A stretch of 64,000 bases of DNA, from the IMG/VR virus record IMGVR_UViG_3300020477_001008, positions 1-64,000 of that record; one strand, given 5' to 3'. The notes below the pieces were generated by a model that ran no database searches, had not been told where the DNA came from, and saw only the letters and a list, made by a program, of their open reading frames with translations. The translations under genes were made by a program, and so were the position numbers. This document shows positions 55,161 to 64,000 of this stretch, piece by piece; the stretch's first letter is position 1, and each line of letters starts with the position of its first letter.

Positions 55161-57680
55161 TTATATTACAGTCGCATTCTGACGTGCTAATAACACCCAA
55201 CCAGTAGTCTGATAAAGTAGTGTTACTGTGTCCTCAACATTGTTGAATAATATACTTGTTCCATTTACAAAGTTAGTTGGAGTAACAGTACCGTTACCGC
55301 CGTTCACTTTCATTGAAATTATTTTAATCTGTCCTTCTACTCCATCTGCTAGTGAGTAAGCATCTGTACCAGTTGTTGTTAGTAATGTGACTGTTTCTGC
55401 TAAACTTATTGTTCCTGCTCCACTGATGTTTTGTACACCGTGAACAGTTTTATTAGCTTTTACTGTACCTGCAAAGTAAGCCGTATCATTAGTCTCTGGT
55501 GCGTAAACAGAATATCTGTTTGTGGCTGTACCATTATCAAGAGTTGTTTTAGCTAATACACCAATTAAATTTGTTGTTGATGAACTAGCATCATCCATAC
55601 CGGCTTTTGCCGCTAAACCTACAACATTCGTTGCTGTTAGGTTATGAGTACCTGTTGTAATATCTCCAACTATGTGTCTACCAACCACACCTGATACAGT
55701 AGTAGCCGCACCTGAGTTTTCAAGTGATGTCCAATCATAGTTACCTAACCATCTACCGTCATTGGTTGGATTATCTGCACCAAAACTGTAACCTGCTAAA
55801 TCAAATCTTGTGTCAGTTAATAAACCTTGTTTTCTATTTCCTGAATCAGTATTAGCACCTAAAGTAAGTTTGTTACCTATTGCTTGGTTGTAATGTCTTT
55901 GAGTATTATCTAAACCTGTTGTTGTAAAAAAGCTTTGAGCTTTTTGAATTCTTGCTTGAGTTGTTGCGTTCCAATGTCCTGGTGTTGAACCTATATCAAG
56001 TTTACCAGTTGGTTTTAATTTAAGTTCACCTGTAGCTGTAAGTGTTAGATCTTTTGCTTTGTATTCTGCGTTAATTGGACCATATGCTTCTGCATCAGTA
56101 ATAGGAGATCCAGAATCATATCTTCTTATGTTATCATATGCTCTGTTTTCGTGAACAATCTTACCTCTGGCATCACCAGAGAAAATTGTTACCCTTGCCT
56201 CTGCGTCAGCATTATCTGATCTATCAATAGTTTTAAATTGCCACATTGAACCATTCTTACTTGCATTAACATAAGACTCATACAATGGATGTGAATTATT
56301 GAATAATGAAATATTAAAGCCGGCGTTACCATTTTTATCATAATGGTATGCACTTAGATTGGCACCAGTGTCTACTGACACACCCGCGTTGTTAGTATTT
56401 TGTAAAAATGTTATACCTGATAGTAAATCACTCTTGATTCTAATATCACTAAGGTTAGTAGCACCTGCAATACTTGTTGTAGTATTCAAATAGTCTGCTT
56501 GTAAACTGTCACCAACTGCTGAAGCTGATCTAGTAGATAAACCACCTGATGCGTATGCTGTAAATCCAGTTGTATCTGTTCCACTTAACTCAAATGTATT
56601 TGTTGTTTTGTTTGCAACTTCATATGTGTTAGTGTTAAGTTGAGTCATTCCAACAACGCCAGTGATAGTAACTCTATCACCATTAATCCATTTATGTCCA
56701 TTAGCAGTAACCACACCTGGGTTAGCTTGAGTTACACCTGTTATAGCAATTGAATATGCTCCAGATGTAATACTTGCATTAGAAGTTAAATCTGTTGTAA
56801 TGTTTCTATCTGCATAAGTTGAAAGTTTAATATCACCTGTTGAACTTGTTAATGTGTTTGCTTTTAAGTCACCATCCCAATCGGTACTATCACTTGAGTT
56901 CACCCAAGCACTACCGTTGTATTTTAAAACTTGTCCATTACTAGGTCCTGATATTGTTGTATCAGTCATTCCTGATAATGTTGTTGTAGTTGAATCTGCA
57001 ACTACCCAATTGGTACCATTATATTGTAAAATTTTAGTTGATGCTATACCAGTTGTATCTACATCTGATAATGCATTAATACTTGATGCCGCTATTCTAA
57101 CATCTGCTCTTGCATCTGCTCTAGCATTTGTGAAATATAAATTAGAACCTTCTGTTAGATTTGCTGTTGTTTTAGTTCCTAATCTTGTATCCCATCTTGC
57201 GTCTGTATAGTAAAGGTTCGTACCTTCACTTAAATTTGTTGTTGACTTGGCCGCTAACCTAGTATCAAATCTTGCAGTTGTATAATATAAGTTTGTCGAA
57301 CCTTCTGGCAAATAATCTGTGTTACTAAAATTACCAAATTTAATACTTGTTGTACCGTGATCATAATACATATGATACTTGTCATCTGAGGCACCTGGCG
57401 TAGCTACATCTGATAAATCACCTATTTTTGCTGTTCCAGTTAAGTAGGCTCCTACTCTTGCGTTTGTGTAGTATAAGTTTGTACCTTCTGTTAAATCACT
57501 TGTAGTAAAATTTGTAATTTGATTAGCTTTTACAGAATGTCCTATTTCTAAAAAGTTTAAGTCAACTTCTTCGTGTGTTAGCGGTCTATTAACAATGTCA
57601 ATAGTCGCATCTACATTAGCCTTCAGATTAACTACTGAAGAGCTTGAAGTTGATCGTAATGTAATATTTCCTAGTGCCAT
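55161..57680 (-). CDS. Long tail fibre / receptor-binding protein
   Basis: PLTHEEVDLNF anchor; four LxEGxNLY(Y/F)TxAR repeats; LSDV/W-V-N repeats; beta-rich C-terminus. Confidence 0.75.
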   Translation of the reverse strand: MALGNITLRSTSSSSVVNLKANVDATIDIVNRPLTHEEVDLNFLEIGHSVKANQITNFTTSDLTEGTNLYYTNARVGAYLTGTAKIGDLSDVATPGASDDKYHMYYDHGTTSIKFGNFSNTDYLPEGSTNLYYTTARFDTRLAAKSTTNLSEGTNLYYTDARWDTRLGTKTTANLTEGSNLYFTNARADARADVRIAASSINALSDVDTTGIASTKILQYNGTNWVVADSTTTTLSGMTDTTISGPSNGQVLKYNGSAWVNSSDSTDWDGDLKANTLTSSTGDIKLSTYADRNITTDLTSNASITSGAYSIAITGVTQANPGVVTANGHKWINGDRVTITGVVGMTQLNTNTYEVANKTTNTFELSGTDTTGFTAYASGGLSTRSASAVGDSLQADYLNTTTSIAGATNLSDIRIKSDLLSGITFLQNTNNAGVSVDTGANLSAYHYDKNGNAGFNISLFNNSHPLYESYVNASKNGSMWQFKTIDRSDNADAEARVTIFSGDARGKIVHENRAYDNIRRYDSGSPITDAEAYGPINAEYKAKDLTLTATGELKLKPTGKLDIGSTPGHWNATTQARIQKAQSFFTTTGLDNTQRHYNQAIGNKLTLGANTDSGNRKQGLLTDTRFDLAGYSFGADNPTNDGRWLGNYDWTSLENSGAATTVSGVVGRHIVGDITTGTHNLTATNVVGLAAKAGMDDASSSTTNLIGVLAKTTLDNGTATNRYSVYAPETNDTAYFAGTVKANKTVHGVQNISGAGTISLAETVTLLTTTGTDAYSLADGVEGQIKIISMKVNGGNGTVTPTNFVNGTSILFNNVEDTVTLLYQTTGWVLLARQNATVI

Positions 57681-57688
57681 AACAATAT

Positions 57689-60600
57689 TTATTCCTCATT
57701 AAAGTACCCAGTTTTATCACCTGATGGTGTAGTATATCCTGGCTGTACGTATGTTGTATTATGCAATTTAAAGTTACTTAGACCACCTTGTCTAATGAAT
57801 ATAGCTTGTTCTGATGGGTCAAGTTCTGCTTTATCCCACTCAACACTATCAAACATAACTGCGTCCCAGTTAGCTTGTATAGTTTTATCAACTAGTTTAG
57901 TACCAGCTGGATCAAAACCAGACCATCTAGCTGAAGTATCAGCATTTGGTATATCGTGCTGTGAACTTGATGAATATATAACTTCATCTGTAGTGTGATT
58001 TGTAATTGGAGTACCTAAAATACCTCTACGTATTTTTTTCAAAGTATTACCACTTACTTCACTAAATTCTATTAATTCGTCTCCAATCCAAACATAACCA
58101 GGATTGGTTGAGCTTACTGATCCTGTAATAATTGCAGGGATTGTTCCAATAGCCGCTGTTGTTGGATTACCACTTGAATCGTAATTTGTATCAGGATCTG
58201 GAACACTAACACTATCAAATAAAACACTAGCATTAGCAACTGTAATTTGATTAACAGTTAAATCAATGTTTGCACTCAAGCTTGTTTCACAAACTTTTGG
58301 TAATCTTTTAAATTGTGCTTTGTTATCATTACCATAAAAAATTCTAAATGCATATTGATCACCATAGCCCATAGTTTCTGTTGTATCCCCATCACTATCT
58401 AAATCTTTTTTATCTGCCGCAGTTTCTTGATAAGTTATAACTGTAATTTTTAAAGTTTCTTTCATTTGCATTAAGAAGTTTTCTTCTGGTCTATCTTCTT
58501 GTAATGGTCTTAAGAAACCTGCACCATCGAATTTAGTTACAACTAAATTCCATTTACCTGCCGCATAGTCAGTTGCAAAATTTGCCGTACTTGTATGATC
58601 TGAAGCCGCAAAATAAATGTATTCGTCAATTAAATCCCATCTAGAAAACTGCATACCAGATTCACCTGCAAGATTTTTATGTTGTACGTTACATCTATAA
58701 ATTTTGCCTTGGTATTCAACAACGTCTTTAACTTTGTATTCTGATACACTACTCCAAGCCGGGAAGTGACTAATATCATCATACTTCACAAAATTATTTG
58801 TTGTAATTTGATCATTATCATCAATAGTTATTTTTGTTGAATAACTTGTAGTTGGTTGCCATAACAATGAAGTTTGGAATAACGTATTAAAGAAATCTTG
58901 TACAGCATCTTCATCCCATTTTAATGAAGTATCAAAATCTGAAATATCAAAACCTAAGCTTTCAATTGCTTCATCGTCTGCATAACTTGTAAGATTAAAA
59001 TCTGTAGCAGTAGCAAAACCATCTGATATCATTGAGTTAAAATCAATATCTCTAAATGGAGATAATTTAACTCTTAGTTTTCTCATAAACTCAGTTATTT
59101 GATCTGTTGAGTTTATATCAAGTGCCGCTAACTCATTTGCAAAATGATATTTTGCAATTCTTTCAATTGCACTATTAGTTGAACCATAAGTTAAGTCACC
59201 TGCTCCACCTGTGCTTTGAATTTCTGTACTTGTTTTCTTTTTCTTTAATTCAACTAATTGAGTTTTATCATCACTAAACACTTGTACAGTTTTTGTTGTA
59301 TACGAACCAGAATTTTCATCCCAGCTAGAATATGTTAATCCATCTGGGTGGTTTTCAGTAACTAATTCAATTTGTTTACTAATTCTATCAAACACTAAAG
59401 TTTCTTTACTTGTTCTAGTTTCAGCAACATTAACATTTGCATTTTCAAGTGGTGTTTGTTTTTTACTAGTATAGTTAATTAATTTTGAGTGATATGGTTT
59501 AGCTTCATTAATATAATCTTTAACGTAACTAAATGTATCAGGTGCGTATGAAACTGATTGTTGTAAAGATAAATCTTTTTGTACAGCGTCAAAATATGTT
59601 GTTTTTATAATCCAATCAATATTGTTTTGTTCTTCAAACACAAAGTTAACTGATGCAAATAATAAATTATTTAGATAAGTTTTTTGTGATCCTAAGAATA
59701 GATATGTGTATAATAAATTCATCCATTCTCTTACACCAGTTGATATATCATCTGTTGTTGTCCAGAACTTATTATTCAATTGTGTTGTAGATGTCTTACT
59801 ACTAATTCTTACAAGCTCAGGATTATCTGCTTTACCTGTAAATGTACTCACAGTAGTTGTAGTACTTGCTATATTTGAATTAGAAGTTTCATTATAACTT
59901 CCTGTTGACGTTGTTGCCATTCCTGCCGTAAAGTCAAGATTTGCAGTAGCAACTGGAGCCTGTCCATTTAATACAACATCTCTATCACCATATACATAAA
60001 TTGCTGACTTACTGTTGTAATCATAATTTACTTTAATTACATCATAATCAGATAATGTAGATAAATCTATATTTGCTTTGTAGTCAACTGTTTTATTAAC
60101 AATTATACTATCATCATATCCATTTACATAATAATCTGATTTGTCATATAATGTTTTATCAGTTAATGTATTTTCCCATTCCGGATAATCTACATCAAGG
60201 TTTGTTACTTTTAATATATTGTTTAACGTATATGCAAATACTCTTCTTGCTTCTTTAATATTTTTAAACCAAGTTTGTCTAGGTCTTACACTATTACCGT
60301 ATTGTGAGTACTTACTTAATATTGACGTATCAGGTACTGCTTTTCCTGATGCATCTTTTCCAGATAATGAATCAGTAAGCTTGTTCCAAATCATTTTATC
60401 AACGACTGTATCAGGATCATTTTCTTTAATCATAATCCATTGTTTGTGTATTGGAACGTCTTTATCAATTTTCTTATAGTTCAATCTAAATACTGAATCG
60501 CTAGTAATATGTTTTGTTGCATTTGAAATAGTTAATGCAGTAGTTGATATTGGTGCATACCAATTAACACCATACGAAGTAGGATTTTTAATTAGTCTAC

Positions 60601-63600
60601 TTATTTGTGTTGTTGATAAAGATCTGTATTTTGAATCTGCAACTTTTGTTTTGTTTTTAGTCCAGAAATAATATTTTGTAGATGTAAATCCATCTTTACT
60701 TGTTTTAGTAATTGTGCAATAGTTTGTAGTATTTGCCACAGTACCGTCACCTGTATAATTTGCAGGTAACTCTGAACTTTCTGTCCATTCATAAATGTCA
60801 ACTGTTGATCCTGGGAATAATTTACCCCAATTGTTTTGTCTATATTCATCACTAAAGTTTTCGTATTCAAGATATCTAAGAGTAGATGTATCCCACCACG
60901 TTAAACCATTGTGATCAGCGTCCCACGGAGAGTTTATACTTACTCTGTTTGTACTAGAATGATTAGTATACACAGCCGGATCTGATTGTGTAATATAATT
61001 TATTTCTCTTTGAGCATTACCAGGTATTAAATTTTTAACTGGATCAATTACTTCAAATGGTACTTCACTAGTATAATCATTTGTATCAATTAATGTTAAT
61101 TTAGATTGAGAAAATAGTTTAGTATTAACTTGCGAATTCTTTTTATTAGTTCTTGCTGAACTATCAAAAATTGATTGTCTAATACTTGCATCTGGTTGAT
61201 CGTAATCAACATCAGAGTGTACAAGCCAATAATTAGAACCAATTTTAACACTACCAATTTCGTCACCAGTAGAACTAATAACTGCGGCTGTAATACTGAT
61301 TAATCCTGAATGCCTATCTGCAGGATTCAAATAACTTGAACCATCTGGATTATTTGGATCATCTGCGTGAGGTGTAACAGTTATAGTTGGTAGAGCTTGA
61401 TAATTATCACCTGGTGCTGATAAAGTTATACCATTTATTGCGGCAAGATTACCACGTGCATTTGTTAAGTAAGTTCCTAATCCACCACTAGTTGAACCAG
61501 TAAGATTATAATTATGAGCTTTGTTTAATGAAAATGCTGTTCCATTTAAGTCTTTAAGTGTTACAGATGTTGCACCAGTTACACCAGCAACTACTGTTCC
61601 TGATGCTCCTGTTGTAGCTTGAGTAATTGTTTCTCCTGTTACTACTGTTATTGCTGAATTAGTAGTTAATACTAAATCAATTTTTGCAGTTGCAGTTGCT
61701 CCAGCACCTGAGTCATCACCAGTTCGTGGTGTAATTGTAACATTTGGTGCTAGTAAATATCCTACACCAACATTGTCTACTGTTAAACTTGTTACCGGTC
61801 CTCTTGATGAAACACCTTTATTAAATGCTATATCATCGTGTCTTGTTTTAATAGTAGTATTAGCAGTCATTCTCATTGTGTACCAATAACTATCTCCGCC
61901 ATTGTCTAACCAAATTTTATCTCCTTCAGTAAACGTAACAGTTGAACAAACATTAGAAACAAAGTCTTTAACTGTTGCCGCCAAGTCTGCACCAATATTA
62001 GATGTGTCAATACCATTATTTCTAGTAGCAAGTCTTACATCTTTATATGTATAAAGAGGATGTTTATTTGAACCATTAAAGAAAGTACTTGAATATGCTG
62101 ATACAGTTGTTGCCGCAACAACATCATTTTCTGGTAAATCAAATACATTGTAAATTGCTTTTTTATAATTTACAGAAATTTTTGCAGTACCAGTTGTTGA
62201 TCCTGTAGTTGCAAATCTAATTCTTAATGTAGCATTTGCTCTATCTGTAATTGGCGTACCAAAAGATGTTGCAACTGCATTAGTAGATAAACTTTGATTT
62301 GAAAGTAAACTGTTTGGTGTTGCTGTTGTACCAATATCAAATTGTGGATTCGATCCATCAAATGCAGTATTGATTACAATTTGTACATTAGCAATTGAAT
62401 CTGGTTTAATTAATTGATCTGTAAAGTCTACATATTTGTTGTCACTATCTGTGATAGTATCTTTAACAACAATACCAATTGTTGGATTATCTGAAAATTC
62501 TTTTCTATAACCATAACTACCATTTTCAACATAAGCTTTATTAATTACACCCGATGATGCACTAACAACACCAGTTGCTGGTGATGTTCCTGAAATAGTC
62601 ATAGTAGGTGAAACATAATTTGAACCACCTTTGTTAATTGTTAAATTTAATATTGCACCAAATGTTGAATCCCCGTATGCTGATCCAGACCTTGCTGTAA
62701 CAGTATGTGATCCAGTTGTACTTGCACCTCCAGTACCACCTGTTATTTGATTTGTTGTATCAAATGTATTTGTGTGATCGTAAATGTGTAAAATTGTACT
62801 TGTACCATCTGTATATACATTAATTACTTTACCAGTTGCACCTGTATTTGCCTGTGTTATAGTTTCCCCATATTGGAATGGCGTACTTGCATTTGATAAT
62901 GTTGTATTAATTTGGTACGTTGGATTATTTCCTTTAAACCTAATAACAGCACTAGAACCAGCTGAATCTGATCCACCTGTTTTAATTGATACGTTACCTG
63001 GTTCACCGTAATATGCACCACCAGGATTTGTTAATGTTATTGATGTAATACCACCACTACCGTTGATTGTTGCAACTGTACCTGATGCAGATGTACCACC
63101 GTTTCCGTCAGCTTCAATTGTATCTCCAACTGAATAACCTGAACCAGCAGTTGTTACTACCATTGCTGATACCCCATCAGCAACATTGGCTACAGAAACA
63201 TTTGCATTAGCTCCACCAAAGTCTGTAAAGTTAATTGTTTTTTCAATTACTTGATCTGTTAGTGATAACTGAAATGTTTTTGTTCCATATGTAGTTGTTG
63301 TAATTGTACTTGCGTCTGCATTTTTATGATCTGGTAATACAGCTTCAAATGTAGCATTAGCAGTTGTTACTAATTTTCCAGCAGTCTCATTCATTGATAC
63401 TGTTAATGGATTAGTTGTAATAACACTTTCAATTCCGTGATTTGTATCTGTTAATCTGTATACGTTCCAGTCACCATTGTCATCTTTTGCTACCCAGGTA
63501 GTTGACCCTATAGCAACATCAGTGTTACTTGCTACGGTATTACCGTATTGTGTTTTTAAATTTGCTTTCTCTAATGCTTGGAAATTTGTATCATTAATAT

Positions 63601-64000
63601 GTACGTATCCAGCTGTTGGTAAATCAAATGATTCTGCTCTAGTTGGCCAAATAACATCTGATACTTTAGAGCCTGTTGGCTTTTTAGTCCAGTTTAAACT
63701 GTCATCAGCATCAATAGTAATAATATCATCAGTAATAATATCTGTAGTAACTACATTATCAATTCTTGGTAAAAATTTAACTACTTGAGGATTTGTTTTA
63801 ATTTTAGTTGGATCAAGTCTAAATTCCATAGATTGATTAATTTCTGTACCACCAAATTCACCAACTTTAAATGCATAATACTCATAAAGATTAATTTCTT
63901 GTCTTTCATTAATAATATCAGTTCTTAAAATTTTATCAACTGAGTTTCTAGAACCTTTTTGTCTTACAAATCCTTGATAGAATCTTGTTTGACTTTCATC
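57689..64000 (-). CDS. Very large baseplate wedge-like virion protein (5' end outside window)
   Basis: Frame open to the window edge (...FYQGFVRQKGS...); GSGY/GGAY beta repeats; KPYHSK. Confidence 0.75.
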   Translation of the reverse strand, partial: DESQTRFYQGFVRQKGSRNSVDKILRTDIINERQEINLYEYYAFKVGEFGGTEINQSMEFRLDPTKIKTNPQVVKFLPRIDNVVTTDIITDDIITIDADDSLNWTKKPTGSKVSDVIWPTRAESFDLPTAGYVHINDTNFQALEKANLKTQYGNTVASNTDVAIGSTTWVAKDDNGDWNVYRLTDTNHGIESVITTNPLTVSMNETAGKLVTTANATFEAVLPDHKNADASTITTTTYGTKTFQLSLTDQVIEKTINFTDFGGANANVSVANVADGVSAMVVTTAGSGYSVGDTIEADGNGGTSASGTVATINGSGGITSITLTNPGGAYYGEPGNVSIKTGGSDSAGSSAVIRFKGNNPTYQINTTLSNASTPFQYGETITQANTGATGKVINVYTDGTSTILHIYDHTNTFDTTNQITGGTGGASTTGSHTVTARSGSAYGDSTFGAILNLTINKGGSNYVSPTMTISGTSPATGVVSASSGVINKAYVENGSYGYRKEFSDNPTIGIVVKDTITDSDNKYVDFTDQLIKPDSIANVQIVINTAFDGSNPQFDIGTTATPNSLLSNQSLSTNAVATSFGTPITDRANATLRIRFATTGSTTGTAKISVNYKKAIYNVFDLPENDVVAATTVSAYSSTFFNGSNKHPLYTYKDVRLATRNNGIDTSNIGADLAATVKDFVSNVCSTVTFTEGDKIWLDNGGDSYWYTMRMTANTTIKTRHDDIAFNKGVSSRGPVTSLTVDNVGVGYLLAPNVTITPRTGDDSGAGATATAKIDLVLTTNSAITVVTGETITQATTGASGTVVAGVTGATSVTLKDLNGTAFSLNKAHNYNLTGSTSGGLGTYLTNARGNLAAINGITLSAPGDNYQALPTITVTPHADDPNNPDGSSYLNPADRHSGLISITAAVISSTGDEIGSVKIGSNYWLVHSDVDYDQPDASIRQSIFDSSARTNKKNSQVNTKLFSQSKLTLIDTNDYTSEVPFEVIDPVKNLIPGNAQREINYITQSDPAVYTNHSSTNRVSINSPWDADHNGLTWWDTSTLRYLEYENFSDEYRQNNWGKLFPGSTVDIYEWTESSELPANYTGDGTVANTTNYCTITKTSKDGFTSTKYYFWTKNKTKVADSKYRSLSTTQISRLIKNPTSYGVNWYAPISTTALTISNATKHITSDSVFRLNYKKIDKDVPIHKQWIMIKENDPDTVVDKMIWNKLTDSLSGKDASGKAVPDTSILSKYSQYGNSVRPRQTWFKNIKEARRVFAYTLNNILKVTNLDVDYPEWENTLTDKTLYDKSDYYVNGYDDSIIVNKTVDYKANIDLSTLSDYDVIKVNYDYNSKSAIYVYGDRDVVLNGQAPVATANLDFTAGMATTSTGSYNETSNSNIASTTTTVSTFTGKADNPELVRISSKTSTTQLNNKFWTTTDDISTGVREWMNLLYTYLFLGSQKTYLNNLLFASVNFVFEEQNNIDWIIKTTYFDAVQKDLSLQQSVSYAPDTFSYVKDYINEAKPYHSKLINYTSKKQTPLENANVNVAETRTSKETLVFDRISKQIELVTENHPDGLTYSSWDENSGSYTTKTVQVFSDDKTQLVELKKKKTSTEIQSTGGAGDLTYGSTNSAIERIAKYHFANELAALDINSTDQITEFMRKLRVKLSPFRDIDFNSMISDGFATATDFNLTSYADDEAIESLGFDISDFDTSLKWDEDAVQDFFNTLFQTSLLWQPTTSYSTKITIDDNDQITTNNFVKYDDISHFPAWSSVSEYKVKDVVEYQGKIYRCNVQHKNLAGESGMQFSRWDLIDEYIYFAASDHTSTANFATDYAAGKWNLVVTKFDGAGFLRPLQEDRPEENFLMQMKETLKITVITYQETAADKKDLDSDGDTTETMGYGDQYAFRIFYGNDNKAQFKRLPKVCETSLSANIDLTVNQITVANASVLFDSVSVPDPDTNYDSSGNPTTAAIGTIPAIITGSVSSTNPGYVWIGDELIEFSEVSGNTLKKIRRGILGTPITNHTTDEVIYSSSSQHDIPNADTSARWSGFDPAGTKLVDKTIQANWDAVMFDSVEWDKAELDPSEQAIFIRQGGLSNFKLHNTTYVQPGYTTPSGDKTGYFNEE

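Noticed and set aside
1-64000. Stop-codon reassignment
   Set aside because: Conserved enzymes are intact in the standard code, and TAA, TAG and TGA all end genes at sensible positions.

Overview
Part of a large (probably jumbo) T4-like, AT-rich lytic phage genome read with the standard genetic code. Host-like genes (DUF4167, Grx4, CspA, NadE, PepA, RpiB, a glutamine riboswitch) suggest a marine alphaproteobacterial host, possibly SAR11-like (inference). Layout: 1-11 kb accessory/metabolic genes; 11.1-12.4 kb mostly non-coding, with three copies of a bipartite repeat; 12.4-24 kb early region with many TTGAC-N16-TAnnnT promoters and small ORFs; 24.1-25.1 kb non-coding origin- or injection-stop-like element; 25-29 kb NadE, muramidase and amidinotransferase; 29.5-51.7 kb a minus-strand island of radical SAM, SGNH-like and glycosyltransferase-like genes; 52-64 kb tail/baseplate genes. 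The main finding is that the first early operon (12883-14449, about 1.57 kb) has no TC or CC dinucleotide on the + strand. Its template strand therefore has no GA or GG, and its proteins have no proline. A second such tract lies at 24130-24507. My inference is a modification-free 'launch pad' that lets host RNA polymerase read a genome otherwise hypermodified at G in GA/GG contexts. Tandem NrdR-like boxes sit at the same early promoters. All observations are by eye; no database searches were run.
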